Shown: positions 11,860 to 24,350 of the stretch, in pieces
Layout: every line of letters starts with the position of its first letter
Position numbering within the stretch: position 1 is the stretch's first letter
Made by a program: the position numbers and the translations under genes
The notes under the pieces: generated by a model
What the model saw: the letters and a program-made list of their open reading frames with translations, nothing else
Database searches by the model: none
Told to the model about the DNA's origin: nothing
Source: Balanoglossus misakiensis
Lineage: Eukaryota; Animalia; Hemichordata
DNA: 64,000 nucleotides
Direction of reading: 5' to 3'
Assembly: GCA_040954595.2 (NCBI GenBank)
Contig: CM082577.2
Span: 1,240,001-1,304,000, forward strand

Positions 11860-14800
11860 ATGAGGTGTATCATCTTGTTAGTCGCTGTTTACGTCACATT
11901 CTGTCATGGACAATCTTTTCCAGGTGAGTGCAGCTTATTTGTGATTGGTGTATAGACTACAATGGATTGAAGTCACAAGTTGACATACAATTAACAGTTA
12001 CTGTCGAAAGTAGTATTCTGATATAACAAACTAACAATATGGTACATTTACCAGGTTGTGGTGACAAGGGAATCAGCACAAACATCATCGGTGGTAACAC
12101 AACCACAGTAGAAGAATGGCCGTGGCAAGCAATGTTAAAAATCTACAGTTTAATTGGAATCGAAACTCACATATGTAGTGCAACTTTAATCCATCCTCAG
12201 TGGGTCTTAACAGCAGCACATTGTGTGTAAGTACAACCATGGTCTACCTGGATGGTCCAGTTGGACCGCTTCTGCTAGTTTGCGCAATCATTATTCTAGT
12301 CTAGTCCGATCCGATCCGAATGATTTTACATCACTGACCAAAGCAAATGTCTTCTAGAAAGCAATACCTCCTATTGTAATATTCTTAACATCTGCGTTCA
12401 TTGTTCTCCAATTTTGCAGAAATAACTGGTTGGATCCGGTTCCATATTCTGTCAACCTCGGTATCACGTACCGTACGGCACTCAATGAATCTTCTCTGGT
12501 CATCGTTGACGTCAAGAATGTTTATATTCATCCCGACTTTGACTTGGACACATACGACAACGACATCGCCCTTGTCGAGTTTGTTGAATCGGTAAATCTT
12601 ACCTCCTACATCGAACCGGTTTGCATTCCCGCGGCTAACCAGGTGTTCACCGGACAGAATTGTTGGACAACGGGATGGGGAAGTACACAATCAGAAGGTA
12701 GCTTTTATTTAAAATTTAATGCTATCCTCTGGGTTATCGTTTAGACACTGTAAACATTTCCGCCACAGTGATAAAGTTTCCACAGACTTTCACTTTGCAT
12801 CCGTTTTATCACCTCTGTCTATTTTCAGATCTGCCCAGCGAGGTCCTCAGAGAAGTCAGTGTACCTATAATCAGCAACGCAGAATGTCAACCTTTGCTTG
12901 AAACCGGGGAAATATTGACAGACAATATGATTTGTGCCTCGTACGATAACGGTGGAACATGTCTGGTGAGTGAATTGCTTACACTCCGTCTGACTCCTCG
13001 ATCCACATGGAATTATGCGTCGGTTATTGATTAAGGATAGCATTTTCACGCAGAACCATGCACATATACGACAATTTCATATCAATTTTTCTCATTTCAT
13101 TATCAAATAGTTGGATGGTGGAGGGCCTCTGGTATGCGAAGATTCTGGTGCTTGGTACATTGCTGGCATTGTGAGTCGAGGCAACGCTTGTCTGAACCCT
13201 GGGACACCTGGAATCTTTACGGACGTCTCGAAATATGCTGACAACTTTATTCAGCATGTCTTCGACGGAACAACACCTCCCACAAGTAAGTGTACAAAAA
13301 AGACACATGGCAGTGAAAGATTTTCATCAACATTTACAACATACACGACGTTCAATAAATATACAATCTGAAGAACCGAGCATTTTATTCGCTTTCAGAA
13401 CCGGACGTCTGTGGATACGGCGAGTTCATGTGCGAGGGTGGTATGTGCCTGAATGAACTTTCAACGCGTTGTAACAACTTTCCAGATTGTCCAAGCTTGG
13501 ATGATGAAGCTTACTGCAGTAAGTGGATGTTTATACCATTCTGTTGGGGGGGGGGGGGTCAATCAATTTTGTAAATTGTAAATTTAACAAAATGACTGCG
13601 CATGCTCCTCCAACTACACAGGTAAAGATTGGCAGCTGTTCTCACCAACGTATAACGCCATAACGGCAAGTTTGGAGGAAATTGGAAAAGTTTACAACGG
13701 ACTCTTACAGGACCAGTGTATGAATCTCTGTTTAAACGAGACAACATTTGTCTGCCGTGCCTTCGATTACGTGCCGTCGTCAGGGCTTTGTCACCTGATC
13801 AACACGACTGATCTCCCGGTGAAGCTGGACACCAACTCCACCGCTGATGGCGTGCAACATTGGGACCTCAGAACTGTGCAAAGTAAGTTGTGGGCCCTAG
13901 ACCAAGTGACCATAAATTGTAAAATTAAGGGGAAAATAGGGGAAAATTTGTAAATATGATGAAAATGTTGCACCACATTTTGACAGCAAAAATGTAGCGT
14001 TCAAATGGTATACATACACCAATGCACTGTGTCTTCTCTTCCGCAGACTGTGGTGCATACTTCTTGAATTTCGACGGCTTCTTCGGATCGCCTCGGTACA
14101 TGTTGATCCGACCCGAAGTTGAGAACTGGTGCAGAATCACGATTAGCAACAGCCAGCTGGACGCAGTGGTGCAACTCAATATATCCTCTGTCCTCACTCA
14201 AGAAAATGCGCTGTCGACCTGTGACGATGCATTCGAGCGACTGATCGTGTATGACGGCAACTCGTTGACTTCTCCGGTTCTGGGAATCTACTGCCTTGCA
14301 AATATGCCCGCCATCATCCGATCGACAGGGAATACTGTCTTGCTGGAATATATCGAGGATGAAGGCTTGGTAGACACGCAAGGATTTATGGTCCGATACA
14401 ATATCCGTAAGTTCATGTTTTGAACTTCTTGATGTCATATTGCATTGCCTTGGTACATCAATTCTACATTTTTGCGTATAATCATTTCGAGGTGTAATTA
14501 GATATGACAATCTATCCACAGGTTACTACCAGGAAGTGACGTTGACCGAAGCTCCCGGTACGGTGACGTCACCTTTATGGCCTGACCCATATCCACCAGA
14601 GAGGGAGTACCATTGGTCCATTCAGGCACCGCAAGAATATCACGTCAAACTAGACTTTCTCACATTCCGACTTGAAGAAGACGACCAAATCTGTTCCAGC
14701 GACAAGGACCATCTAACTATCTACTGGGGACTGTCTGAGATCTCGCCTCACTTTGGGACATTTTGTGGAATTCTCTTCATTTCGCAGTCGGTGGAGTCGC

Positions 14801-15303
14801 CGGGCAGATACGTCCATTTGGTGTTTAAATCGGACAGCGAAAACAGCGAGGCTGGATTTGAAATTGAATATTCATTTATTCCAGGTAAGAGAAGAACTCC
14901 ACTAAGTTTATTCCCAAACCAGTCATTTTCAGGAAAGGCAAACATGACCAATTGAAGTAATTGATGCAGAATATTTATTGGGAAGAATGTTTCTACTTTT
15001 CGTTCATTTATCCGTTTCAAACTACACGTATCTCGAAACAAGCTTCTTTCGGTGACTGCGGAACCGATGAGTCTGTTTGCAGGTATTGTGTGCGGTCGTT
15101 TTTGGCGCCTTATAATGGGTAAAAATATTTGCCGCCTGCGCGGTGTTTTTCCCAATAAACGGCCATTTTACCCAGTATTGTAACGTTACTGATCTGTTGT
15201 CGTTTTCACAGATGATCCACCAACAGAACCAGGGGTTATCACGGTGCCGATTATCACAGACGCAACAGAATCCGGAATCATTACTTTACCGATAGTGACA
15301 TAG
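11860..15303 (+). CDS. Secreted serine-protease homologue (trypsin fold, catalytic Ser lost) followed by LDLa, PAN/apple and two CUB domains; ovochymase/oviductin-like domain order; ~673 aa
   Basis: Exons 11860-11923 (signal peptide MRCIILLVAVYVTFCHGQ), 12055-12226 (IIGG..EWPWQ..WVLTAAHC), 12420-12697 (DNDIAL..CWTTGWG), 12829-12965, 13111-13285 (LDGGGPLVC..PGIFTDVS), 13399-13518 (LDLa CGYGEFMC..DCPSLDDEAYC), 13622-13882 (PAN CMNLCLNETTFVCRAFDY), 14047-14406 (CUB1), 14522-14884 (CUB2), 15212-15303 (Thr/Pro/Ile-rich tail, TAG). GT-AG introns, consistent phases, 2022 nt. Confidence 0.9.
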
Positions 15304-16048
15304 GAGAGACACTGCGGCTTCAATCAGAACAGACGACGCGAGCCTATTAGAGGTATACAGTCTCCTCCAATTTACATACACCCATATATGGCTGAAATGT
15401 CGTCTTTGAGCGTTCCAAACAACATATTATGTCACCCACTGAAACTCTGTGATTGGTTAGATCTCAATTTACCATGGTAACTATAGCTAATACTATTCCA
15501 TAGGTAACCGTATACCTTTAACCCCACTCAATACTAGTAAATCGAACCTAATTGTTCAGTAATTCTTCACAATTAAAACTTGATTGACGAACCGACCCTG
15601 GCACAAGAAACCCTACAGAAGACCTGCTGTTGCCAGTTGCTGTGTGGGTTATGCATTCCAGTGCCATTTTGATTCAGGAAAATCTTTCAAATTCATGACA
15701 CTGTTCAAGAAGAACTTTGTTAAATATTTGCTCCTTGAGAAATCAACTGGTAAAATTATATTTATCATGCTAATGCAGTAATTAAAACATTGATTCTGTA
15801 AGAGTACTTGTTGGGGGAAAAAGAATAAAAATCGCATTTCATTTGATTACATTTACATTGTCTTTTTAAGTGCACTTACGTTATTCATAGTCACCGAAAT
15901 TTATTTTTTTGAGAGGGGTACATGTGTAAATAATGTGGGATGAATATAAGGGTCAGGATAAATAAAGCCCCGACAACTGTCTCCTATACAATTTAAATGA
16001 ATTTACAAGGATGTCCGAGTAATGAAATTGTGGCTTAAAATCAGTACA

Positions 16049-18350
16049 TCAGTCGAGGGTAAAATCCATTTCCAAATCGCTGTCTTTCATCCATTCCTCA
16101 TACTTAGCATCGAATATTTCGTTTTCCGCAACAGTGAAATATTCCTTCCATCCACCAACCTTGCCTAGAAGAAAATAATAACAGACAAACATGTGGACGA
16201 CATAACGGCTTGTGTTCAATTTGACTTCATCAATTGTGTAGTATTTTCACTGGTCTGGGTTATGTTACCTCTGGGTGTGCCTTCTTGTGTCAATGTGACG
16301 CCATGCAAGCTGAGGACATGCAGTAATTACCTTTTCTGACAAATGGCGACCGTGCTTCTGCATCACCAAGTTTCATGCGATCGGTGCAATATTTTGTCTT
16401 CAAAGCTCTGGGATTTTTCTTCATGTTTTTGAAACTGGTGTGGTCTACAATTGTGTCAAGAATCTTGTCTTCTAAGACGACGCCCATAAATTCCGCGATG
16501 GTTCGAACTGCTGCACGTGCATCCTGTAATGGAAATAAGATTAAAACGACCAGACGACTGTGTTCCCGGATGTGGAATTGCGCGGGATTCTCACCGTGGC
16601 CAATTTATACATATAGTCACATGGTCACAATCGATTGCTTCGTATTGTTCGGTTACCTTTTGCAAGTCTTCATATTTCAAGAATAACATATTCTGCTTGT
16701 GCCGTTTTTCCCAAAAACTTAAAACGTGGTTGTGCCAACAACATCTGGTATCTGGTGACGACATAAAACAGAACAGATTACTGTGACGTTTTGTGACAAT
16801 TTATCCATTGCAATAATGTTAATTTTTCTGAATATATGAGTAAATGCATCCCAAATTACTGTAATTTATTTTTTAAAAAATATATCAATATAGGAACATA
16901 AGAACATTAAACATTTTATATATGAATTTGCTTTGTTTCAGCCCAATAACATATTCTATCATCCGAACAATTGCAATGTGCTTACAATTTATGGCGAACG
17001 TTTGTTCCCCATCGTAGTCCACGAACTGTTCTTTAAGAAATTCGCTGAAATTCTTGTATTTCTTTATTTTATCAACTCCTTCAGCAAAAGTCTGGTGAAA
17101 GTTATAGTTAGACACGGCTACATCCTTTGGATTTCGAGCTATGTATATTATCTGGGGGTATCAAATGATGCACAATTAAGTATGCTATCGGGTAAATAAA
17201 CATCTTTAAATACAAAATAGTGAGAGCATCAATGATGATTTCCACTACAGAAATGACCGGATCAGAACACACACACACCGTCAAGCCACTGCATCGGAAT
17301 AGGATCAAGAACTAAAGATAAACGGATCATTCGATGAAAAGAGAAATGCGTGTGTTTATATGTCTGAGGAAACGATAAAATGGCGTCTGTGGCAATTGGT
17401 TATACCATAGGTGAAAGTCGTATCTCACCTTCGCTTTCTTTTCATCTATTTGTCTCGGTAGCCATTTGTAATGGAAGTGTGTTTGCATCAGCCTCGGTGA
17501 TTCCATGTTGGCAATGTTGAAATCAGGGGTTAGGCCGAGCCCCAGCAGTACTTTGCCTTTAAGTGGATTTTTACTTGCGAGAAACTCCATTGGTGGGACT
17601 GATTGGTCAATGGAAACGTCTTTTATGGCATCCACGTTTCCACCATTTTGAACGAGGCTCAAAATTTCCTTCATCCAGGTGGTGCCTATTTAATGGGAAA
17701 GAAGTGGGAAACTGTGCATTCGACAAAACCGCAGTCTAATTGCTGGCTATTTACCGACATCGCAAATGATGAATCACTGAATGGAGAGAACTGAATCCAC
17801 AATTTCACTGTTACTCGCTTACCAGATTTAGGAAAAGAGGTCAAGATGACATCGTCTGAACGAACTTCAATGTCAGCCAAAAACTCTGGAGTTGGTTCGA
17901 GAGTCATGACGTCATAAAACAGCAGAGCCCTTGCCAAAGTGATATGCCTAGACGTGCTTCCAAATATTCCTGGGATTAAATGTAAATACGCTATGTATTA
18001 CTATACGGTGCAAGCATAAAGTGCTAAACATACGACGGGTGACCTTATCGTTTACATAGTGAAAGCGGGCATGCAACCTGAAACGCGGTTGACCCTGGCC
18101 TCATTTATAATAGATACTTGCACTTTGCTGTTTGTAAATACAAGTCACTTGGACAAGTTGTCCAGGGGCGGACATGTAGTGGTCGCGAAATCTGATCAAA
18201 TCTTGCCAAAATATCACGCACTAAAGGCCACTTCAGTTGATCCATCGGATATGTCGCTGGCGCATGGAACATTTGTTACTTTACTGTAAATGAGGCCGTT
18301 TGCTGATTACAAAGTTTCCAGGCGCTGCGAAATAAACTGACCTTTGGCAT
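16049..18350 (-). CDS. Cytosolic (SULT1/2-like) PAPS-dependent sulfotransferase; 5' end uncertain, possible 8-nt frameshift
   Basis: Exons 17823-17969, 17429-17685, 16986-17151, 16657-16751, 16331-16523, 16049-16164, plus a putative ATG exon at 18342-18350. Motifs: 5'-PSB VRSDDVILTSFPKSGTTW, PRLMQTH (catalytic His), 3'-PB YIARNPKDVAVSNYNF, FLKYEDL, FVRKGKVGGWKEYFT. The frame is open from an internal ATG at 17907 to TGA at 16049 (~303 aa). Confidence 0.88.
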
Positions 18351-18774
18351 TTCATGAGTTTCAAATTTTCCAGAGATCAAGGAGAGTACTTACAATCTCA
18401 ACCGACAGCCCTTTTTTTACCAAGAATAAACCGACAACTGCCGCCCCACCTCCATTTTGAGAGACACTTTAATCACAGTCCGAAGTCCTATAAAAGTTAT
18501 GTCATACCTGTGGAACTTGAGCATGCGCATACCTACCCTCACTGTCAATATACAATGGGCTGTCTCCTGAGATGTTAGCTGGCAGTGGCCACACACGGTT
18601 TGTGTGATTTATGTGACAGACTCGAAGACACAATGATCACCAGTGTCTTCGCAACGAAGCGCCCTCTACTGTGTAACTTAGCGCGGAAAGCAGACCGTTT
18701 GTACAATGTAGTTGAAGGCACTGTATGTGAGTGTACGTGTGTGGGGAGGGACCATGTTGGAAGGGAATGAAACA

Positions 18775-21730
18775 CCATTTTTCGATTTTGCGAATTTTCA
18801 AAATTTCTTCATTTTCTGAAAAATATCATGGGTTATAGCTCATGAAAATCATCCAAAAATGACAATTTTCCGACTTTGCGAATTTTCAAAATTTCTTCAT
18901 TTTCTGAAAAAAAATCATGGGTTATAGCTCATGAAAATCATCCAAAAATGACAATTTTCCGACTTTGCGATTTTTCAAAATTTCTTCATTTTTTGAAAAA
19001 ATCATGAGTTATAGCTCATGAAAATAATCCAAAAATGACAATTTTTCGACTTTGCGATTTTTCAAAATTTCTTCATTTTCTGAAAAAAATCATGGGTTAT
19101 AGCTCATGAAAATCATCCAAAAATGACAATTTTTGGACTTTGCGAATTTTCAACATTTCTTCATTTTTTTGAAAAAATCATGGGTTATAGCTCATGAAAA
19201 TCATCCAAAAATGACAATTTTTCGACTTTGCGAATTTTCAAAATAATTTCATTTTTTTGAAAAAATCATGGGTTATAGCTCATGAAAATCGTCCAAAAAT
19301 GACAATTTTTCGACTTTGCGAATTTTCAAAATTTCTTCATTTTCTGAAAAAAATCATGGGTTATAGCTCATGAAAATCACCCAAAAATGACAATTTTTCG
19401 ACTTTGCGAATTTTCAAAATTTCTTCATTTTCTGAAAAAAATCATGGGTTATAGCTCATGAAAATCATCCAAAAATGACAATTTTCCGACTTTGCGATTT
19501 TTCAAAATTTCTTCATTTTCTGAAAAAAAATCATGGGTTATAGCTCATGAAAATCATCCAAAAATGACAATTTTCCGACTTTGCGATTTTTCAAAATTTC
19601 TTCATTTTTTGAAAAAATCATGAGTTATAGCTCATGAAAATAATCCAAAAATGACAATTTTTCGACTTTGCGATTTTTCAAAATTTCTTCATTTTCTGAA
19701 AAAAATCATGGGTTATAGCTCATGAAAATCATCCAAAAATGACAATTTTCGACTTTGCGAATTTTCAAAATTTCTTCATTTTCTGAAAAAAATCATGGGT
19801 TATAGCTCATGAAAATCGTCCAAAAATGACAATTTTTCGACTTTGCGAATTTTCAAAATAATTTCATTTTTTTGAAAAAATCATGGGTTATAGCTCATGA
19901 AAATCGTCCAAAAATGACAATTTTTCGACTTTGCGAATTTTCAAAATTTCTTCATTTTCTGAAAAAAGTCATGGGTTATAGCTCATGAAAATCACCCAAA
20001 AATGACAATTTTTCGACTTTGCGAATTTTCAAAATTTCTTCATTTTCTGAAAAAAATCATGGGTTATAGCTCATGAAAATCATCCAAAAATGAAAATTTT
20101 TCGACTTTGCGAATTTTCAAAATTTCTTCATTTTCTGAAAAAAATCATGGGTTATAGCTCATAAAAATCATCCAAAAATGACAATTTTTCGACTTTGCGA
20201 ATTTTCAAAATTTCTTCATTTTCTGAAAAAAATCATGGGTTATAGCTCATGAAAATCATCCAAAAATGACAATTTTTCGACTTTGCGATTTTTCAACATT
20301 TCTTCATTTTCTGAAAAAAATCATGGGTTACAGCTCATGAAAATCATCCAAAAATGACAATTTTTCGACTTTGCGAATTTTCAAATTTTCTTCATTTTAT
20401 GAAAAAAATCATGGGTTATAGCTCATGAAAATCATCCAAAAATGCCAATTTTTCGACTTTGCGAATTTTCAAAATTTCTTCATTTTCTCAAAAAAATCAT
20501 GGGTTATAGCTCATGAAAATCGTCCAAAAATGACAATTTTTCGACTTTGCGAATTTTCAAAATAACTTCATTTTTTTGAAAAAATCATGGGTTATAGCTC
20601 ATATAAAAATCGTCCAAAAATGACAATTTTTCGACATTGCGAATTTTCAAAATTTCTTCATTTTCTGAAAAAAATCATGGGTTATAGCTCATGAAAATCA
20701 TCCAAAATGACAATTTTTCGACTTTGCGATTTTTCAAAATTTCTTCACTTTCTGAAAAAAATCATGGGTTATAGCTCATGAAAATCATCCAAAAATGACA
20801 ATTTTTCGACTTTGCGAATTTTCAAAATTTCTTCATTTTTTTGAAAAAATCATGGGTTATAGCTCATGAAAATCATCCAAAAATGACAATTTTTCGACTT
20901 TGCGAATTTTCAAAATTTCTTCATTTTCTGAAAAAAATCATGGGTTATAGCTCATGAAAATCATCCAAAAATGACAATTTTTCGACTTTGCTAATTTTCA
21001 AAATTTCTTCATTTTCTGAAAAAAATCATGGGTTATAGCTCATGAAAATCATCCAAAAATGACAATTTTTCGACTTTGCAAATTTTCAAAATTTCTTAAT
21101 TTTCTGAAAAAAATCATGGGTTATAGCTCATGAAAATCATCCAAAAATGAAAATTTTTCGACTTTGCGAATTTTCAAAATTTCTTCATTTTCTGAAAAAA
21201 ATCATGGGTTATAGCTCATGAAAATCATCCAAAAATGACAATTTTTCGACTTTGCGAATTTTCAAAATTTCTTCATTTTCTGAAAAAAATCATGGGTTAT
21301 AGCTCATGAAAATCATCCAAAAATGACAATTTTTGGACTTTGCGAATTTTCAACATTTCTTCATTTTTTTGAAAAAATCATGGGTTATAGCTCATGAAAA
21401 TCATCCAAAAATGACAATTTTTCGACTTTGCGAATTTTAAAAATTTCTTCATTTTCTGAAAAAAATCATGGGTTATAGCTCATGAAAATCATCCAAAAAT
21501 GACAATTTTTCGACTTTGCGAATTTTCAAAATTTCTCCATTTTCTGAAAAAAATCATGGGTTATAGCTCATGAAAATCGTCCAAAAATGACAATTTTTCG
21601 ACTTTGCGAATTTTCAAAATTTCTTCATTTTCTGAAAAAAATCATGGGTTATAGCTCATGAAAATCATCCAAAAATGACAATTTTTCGACTTTGCGAATT
21701 TTCAAAATTTCTTCATTTTCTGAAAAAATT
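18775..21730. repeat. Tandem satellite array, ~88-bp unit, ~33-34 copies
   Basis: Consensus TCATGGGTTATAGCTCATGAAAATCATCCAAAAATGACAATTTTTCGACTTTGCGAATTTTCAAAATTTCTTCATTTTCTGAAAAAAA repeated head-to-tail (e.g. unit starts 20762 and 20850), with few substitutions per copy. Confidence 0.98.
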
Positions 21731-22143
21731 CATGCATAAGACATGAAAATGTCAAAATGAGCGAAATTTACAATGTCGAGATTGTTTTCATTTTTTGAGC
21801 GTGTATGAGTTAGAATCCATGCATAAGACATGAAAATGTCAAAATGAGCGAAATTCACAATGTCGAGATTTTTTTCATTTTTTGAGCGTGTATGAGTTAG
21901 AATCCATGCATGAGACATAAAAATGTCAAAATGAGCGAAATTCACAATGTCGAGATTTTTTCATTTTTTGAGCGTGTATGAGTTAGAATCCATGCATGAG
22001 ACATGAACATGTCAAAATGAGCGAAATTCACAATGTCGAGATTTTTTTGTTTTTTGAGCGTGTATGAGTTAGAATCCATGCATGAGACATGAAAATGTCA
22101 AAATGAGCGAAATTCACAATGTCGAGATTTTTTCATTTTTGAG
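21731..22143. repeat. Second tandem array, 86-87-bp unit, ~4.7 copies, directly abutting the first
   Basis: Unit CATGCATRAGACATGAAAATGTCAAAATGAGCGAAATTCACAATGTCGAGATTTTTTCATTTTTTGAGCGTGTATGAGTTAGAATC starts at 21731, 21818, 21905, 21991 and 22077. Confidence 0.95.
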
Positions 22144-24350
22144 CTGCACGAGTACACATCGTGATGGCGAAGTGTTCAGGAAGGCTAGGCTTTTACCTGA
22201 AGGGGGGGGGGTCGTTGGGTTGTATGGCTATGGGTGCTATCTGGTTGACAGACAGACACAGACACAGACACACACTCATACAACATCAACAACAACAACT
22301 TCACGAATTAATTAAAAACCATCGAAAATTTATTGAGCTGTGTAGCTAATCCTCGAAATAGGATGTGAAGTATAAATGTAGAAAAATACAATGATGAAGA
22401 ATTATTCCAATACAAACGGAGGCTGATATAAAAGAAAACATAAAACGGTCGAAGGCTAAACCGTTGCATGGGGAATTCACGAACTCAAGATCTGAAACGC
22501 CCAAACTACCGAAAGTCAAGATGGTTGCATCAGTCAACAGTCAAACCCACCGTGATGGTGAGTACGCCCTCACTGGTCGATGACGTCAAGCTTGAGCTTT
22601 GTGGGTTTAACTTTTGCAATGCATCATAGTTTCATTACGATAATGTGCACATAATTGATAAAAAGAAGTCAGGAGTATACATCATCATATATAGTACATG
22701 GTCTTCTGAAGCATTTGTTATAAGGTACAGTTTGTATGACAGATCAGAGATATCTTATAGAATTTATAGTATAGCTATCTAATGTCACTGGGCATGCTGG
22801 GAATTTTCTGGTAATGATAGAAAATTTAGGAAATCGTTTCTCAAAAAGCAATTTCCCGGGGGTGGAACCCTCAGTGCAAATGGGGTCACGTGACTGCTCG
22901 TTCCGCATCTTGACATTTTCAAGATACAGAAGACTTTTCCTGGTCTGCATTTCACCCCCGGTTTGAATTTAAAAAGAGACTCAAACTTTACATTTTTTGA
23001 GTTTGAAGTGTCCAACGTGTATCCAATCCTTTCATGGGTCAGGTTTTTGGAAAAACAAAAAACATCCACTGTTCTAGCTGCTATTTTGAAAACAAGCAGG
23101 ATGCAAAATTTCCTTGCTAAAGCCACCACAGTAATTTCATATACCAAGGCGGTTGGCGTTCATGAGACCTCTTGAGAAGTAGCCCTGTTATCAAATCTCG
23201 CCAAAATGGGTGCGCATTTTCTAAACCTATCATTTATGTGAATTTCCTATTATTTACGATTCGAACACCACCCGGAGATTGTCACCCGTGACTCTGGGCC
23301 ACAGCGCCGTCTACACTCAAGAAGCAAACAATCCCACTATTTAAGACAGAAACTTTGTTAGATTTTTGAAGCACAGATTATTTTTTCGAACGAAAGTTTC
23401 CATTTCCAGTTGATCTTTATTTACCCGAAATACGATATGTACCCGAGTAATTCTTAATCTATTCTAAAAATCCATTAAAATAATTCGGCTATAACTATAT
23501 TCCCAAAGGTTACTTCACATTTTCCCGTCAAACTTGAATTTAAATTCTTTTGAACCGAATTCTAAATCAAGGCCAAAGTTTTAGTGTGATATACATCCAA
23601 TCCATATTTTGTAAACTCTGCACATTGGACTGTGCTCACTTATCCGACAGTTACAATCTCACTGTTATTTACAACTTTTTGTCTGACCTAATATCACGTT
23701 CTTGCGTTTTTTTTCTTCTAAACTTCGAGCATGGTAATTTTCGTAGACTCTAATTTAATTTCAATTTTATTCGTCCATACAAAAATGTGGTCGACTCAAA
23801 AACGCGTTTTGATTTTAAGTAATCGTGGAGTAACCAGACACATTCTAGAGATCAACGTAAACTACTCGAACGACTGGCAACTTCCTCCACACATCGGCGA
23901 ATAACAGCCAGAATTGATTGACTATTCATACAGTATCTGTATTGAGAATTCCAGAAAACTTGAAGGTACGAAGTCATTGTAAATATCGTGCATTCTCATG
24001 AAATTTCGCAAATAACCAGTCAAAAATACTGTGCATAAACTGAAAATGATTTTACAATGATAAAACTTGTAAGATCAATGATATGAATTTTAAAACTGCT
24101 TCATTGCATATTTAGAATTTTGAAGTGTTCATAGAATGTTAAGGGTTAATATCACATGATATAGAAAAGTAGAAAAGGATGATTAATCTGGCGGCAAATT
24201 CGGTTTAACTGTGGAGATGGAATGAACAATAGGTTAACCCACAGAAATGTTTGTAAATTAAACTGCCTTGGTTATGAATATGAAACATGGTAGTAAAATA
24301 TTGGTGATGTACTGTGGTGGATCGCTGAATGAATAAATGGTTGATTTAAA

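Noticed and set aside
14001-15155. Long antisense ORFs (14001-14519, 14748-15155) and similar ones opposite the FOXRED2 and VPS35L exons
   Set aside because: Shadow ORFs opposite real coding exons, with no independent motifs.
18775-22143. Regular repeat array considered as a CRISPR array or coding repeat (ORF 21730-21945)
   Set aside because: Monomers are contiguous with no unique spacers, there are no cas genes and the context is eukaryotic; the ORF is a by-product of the 87-bp period.
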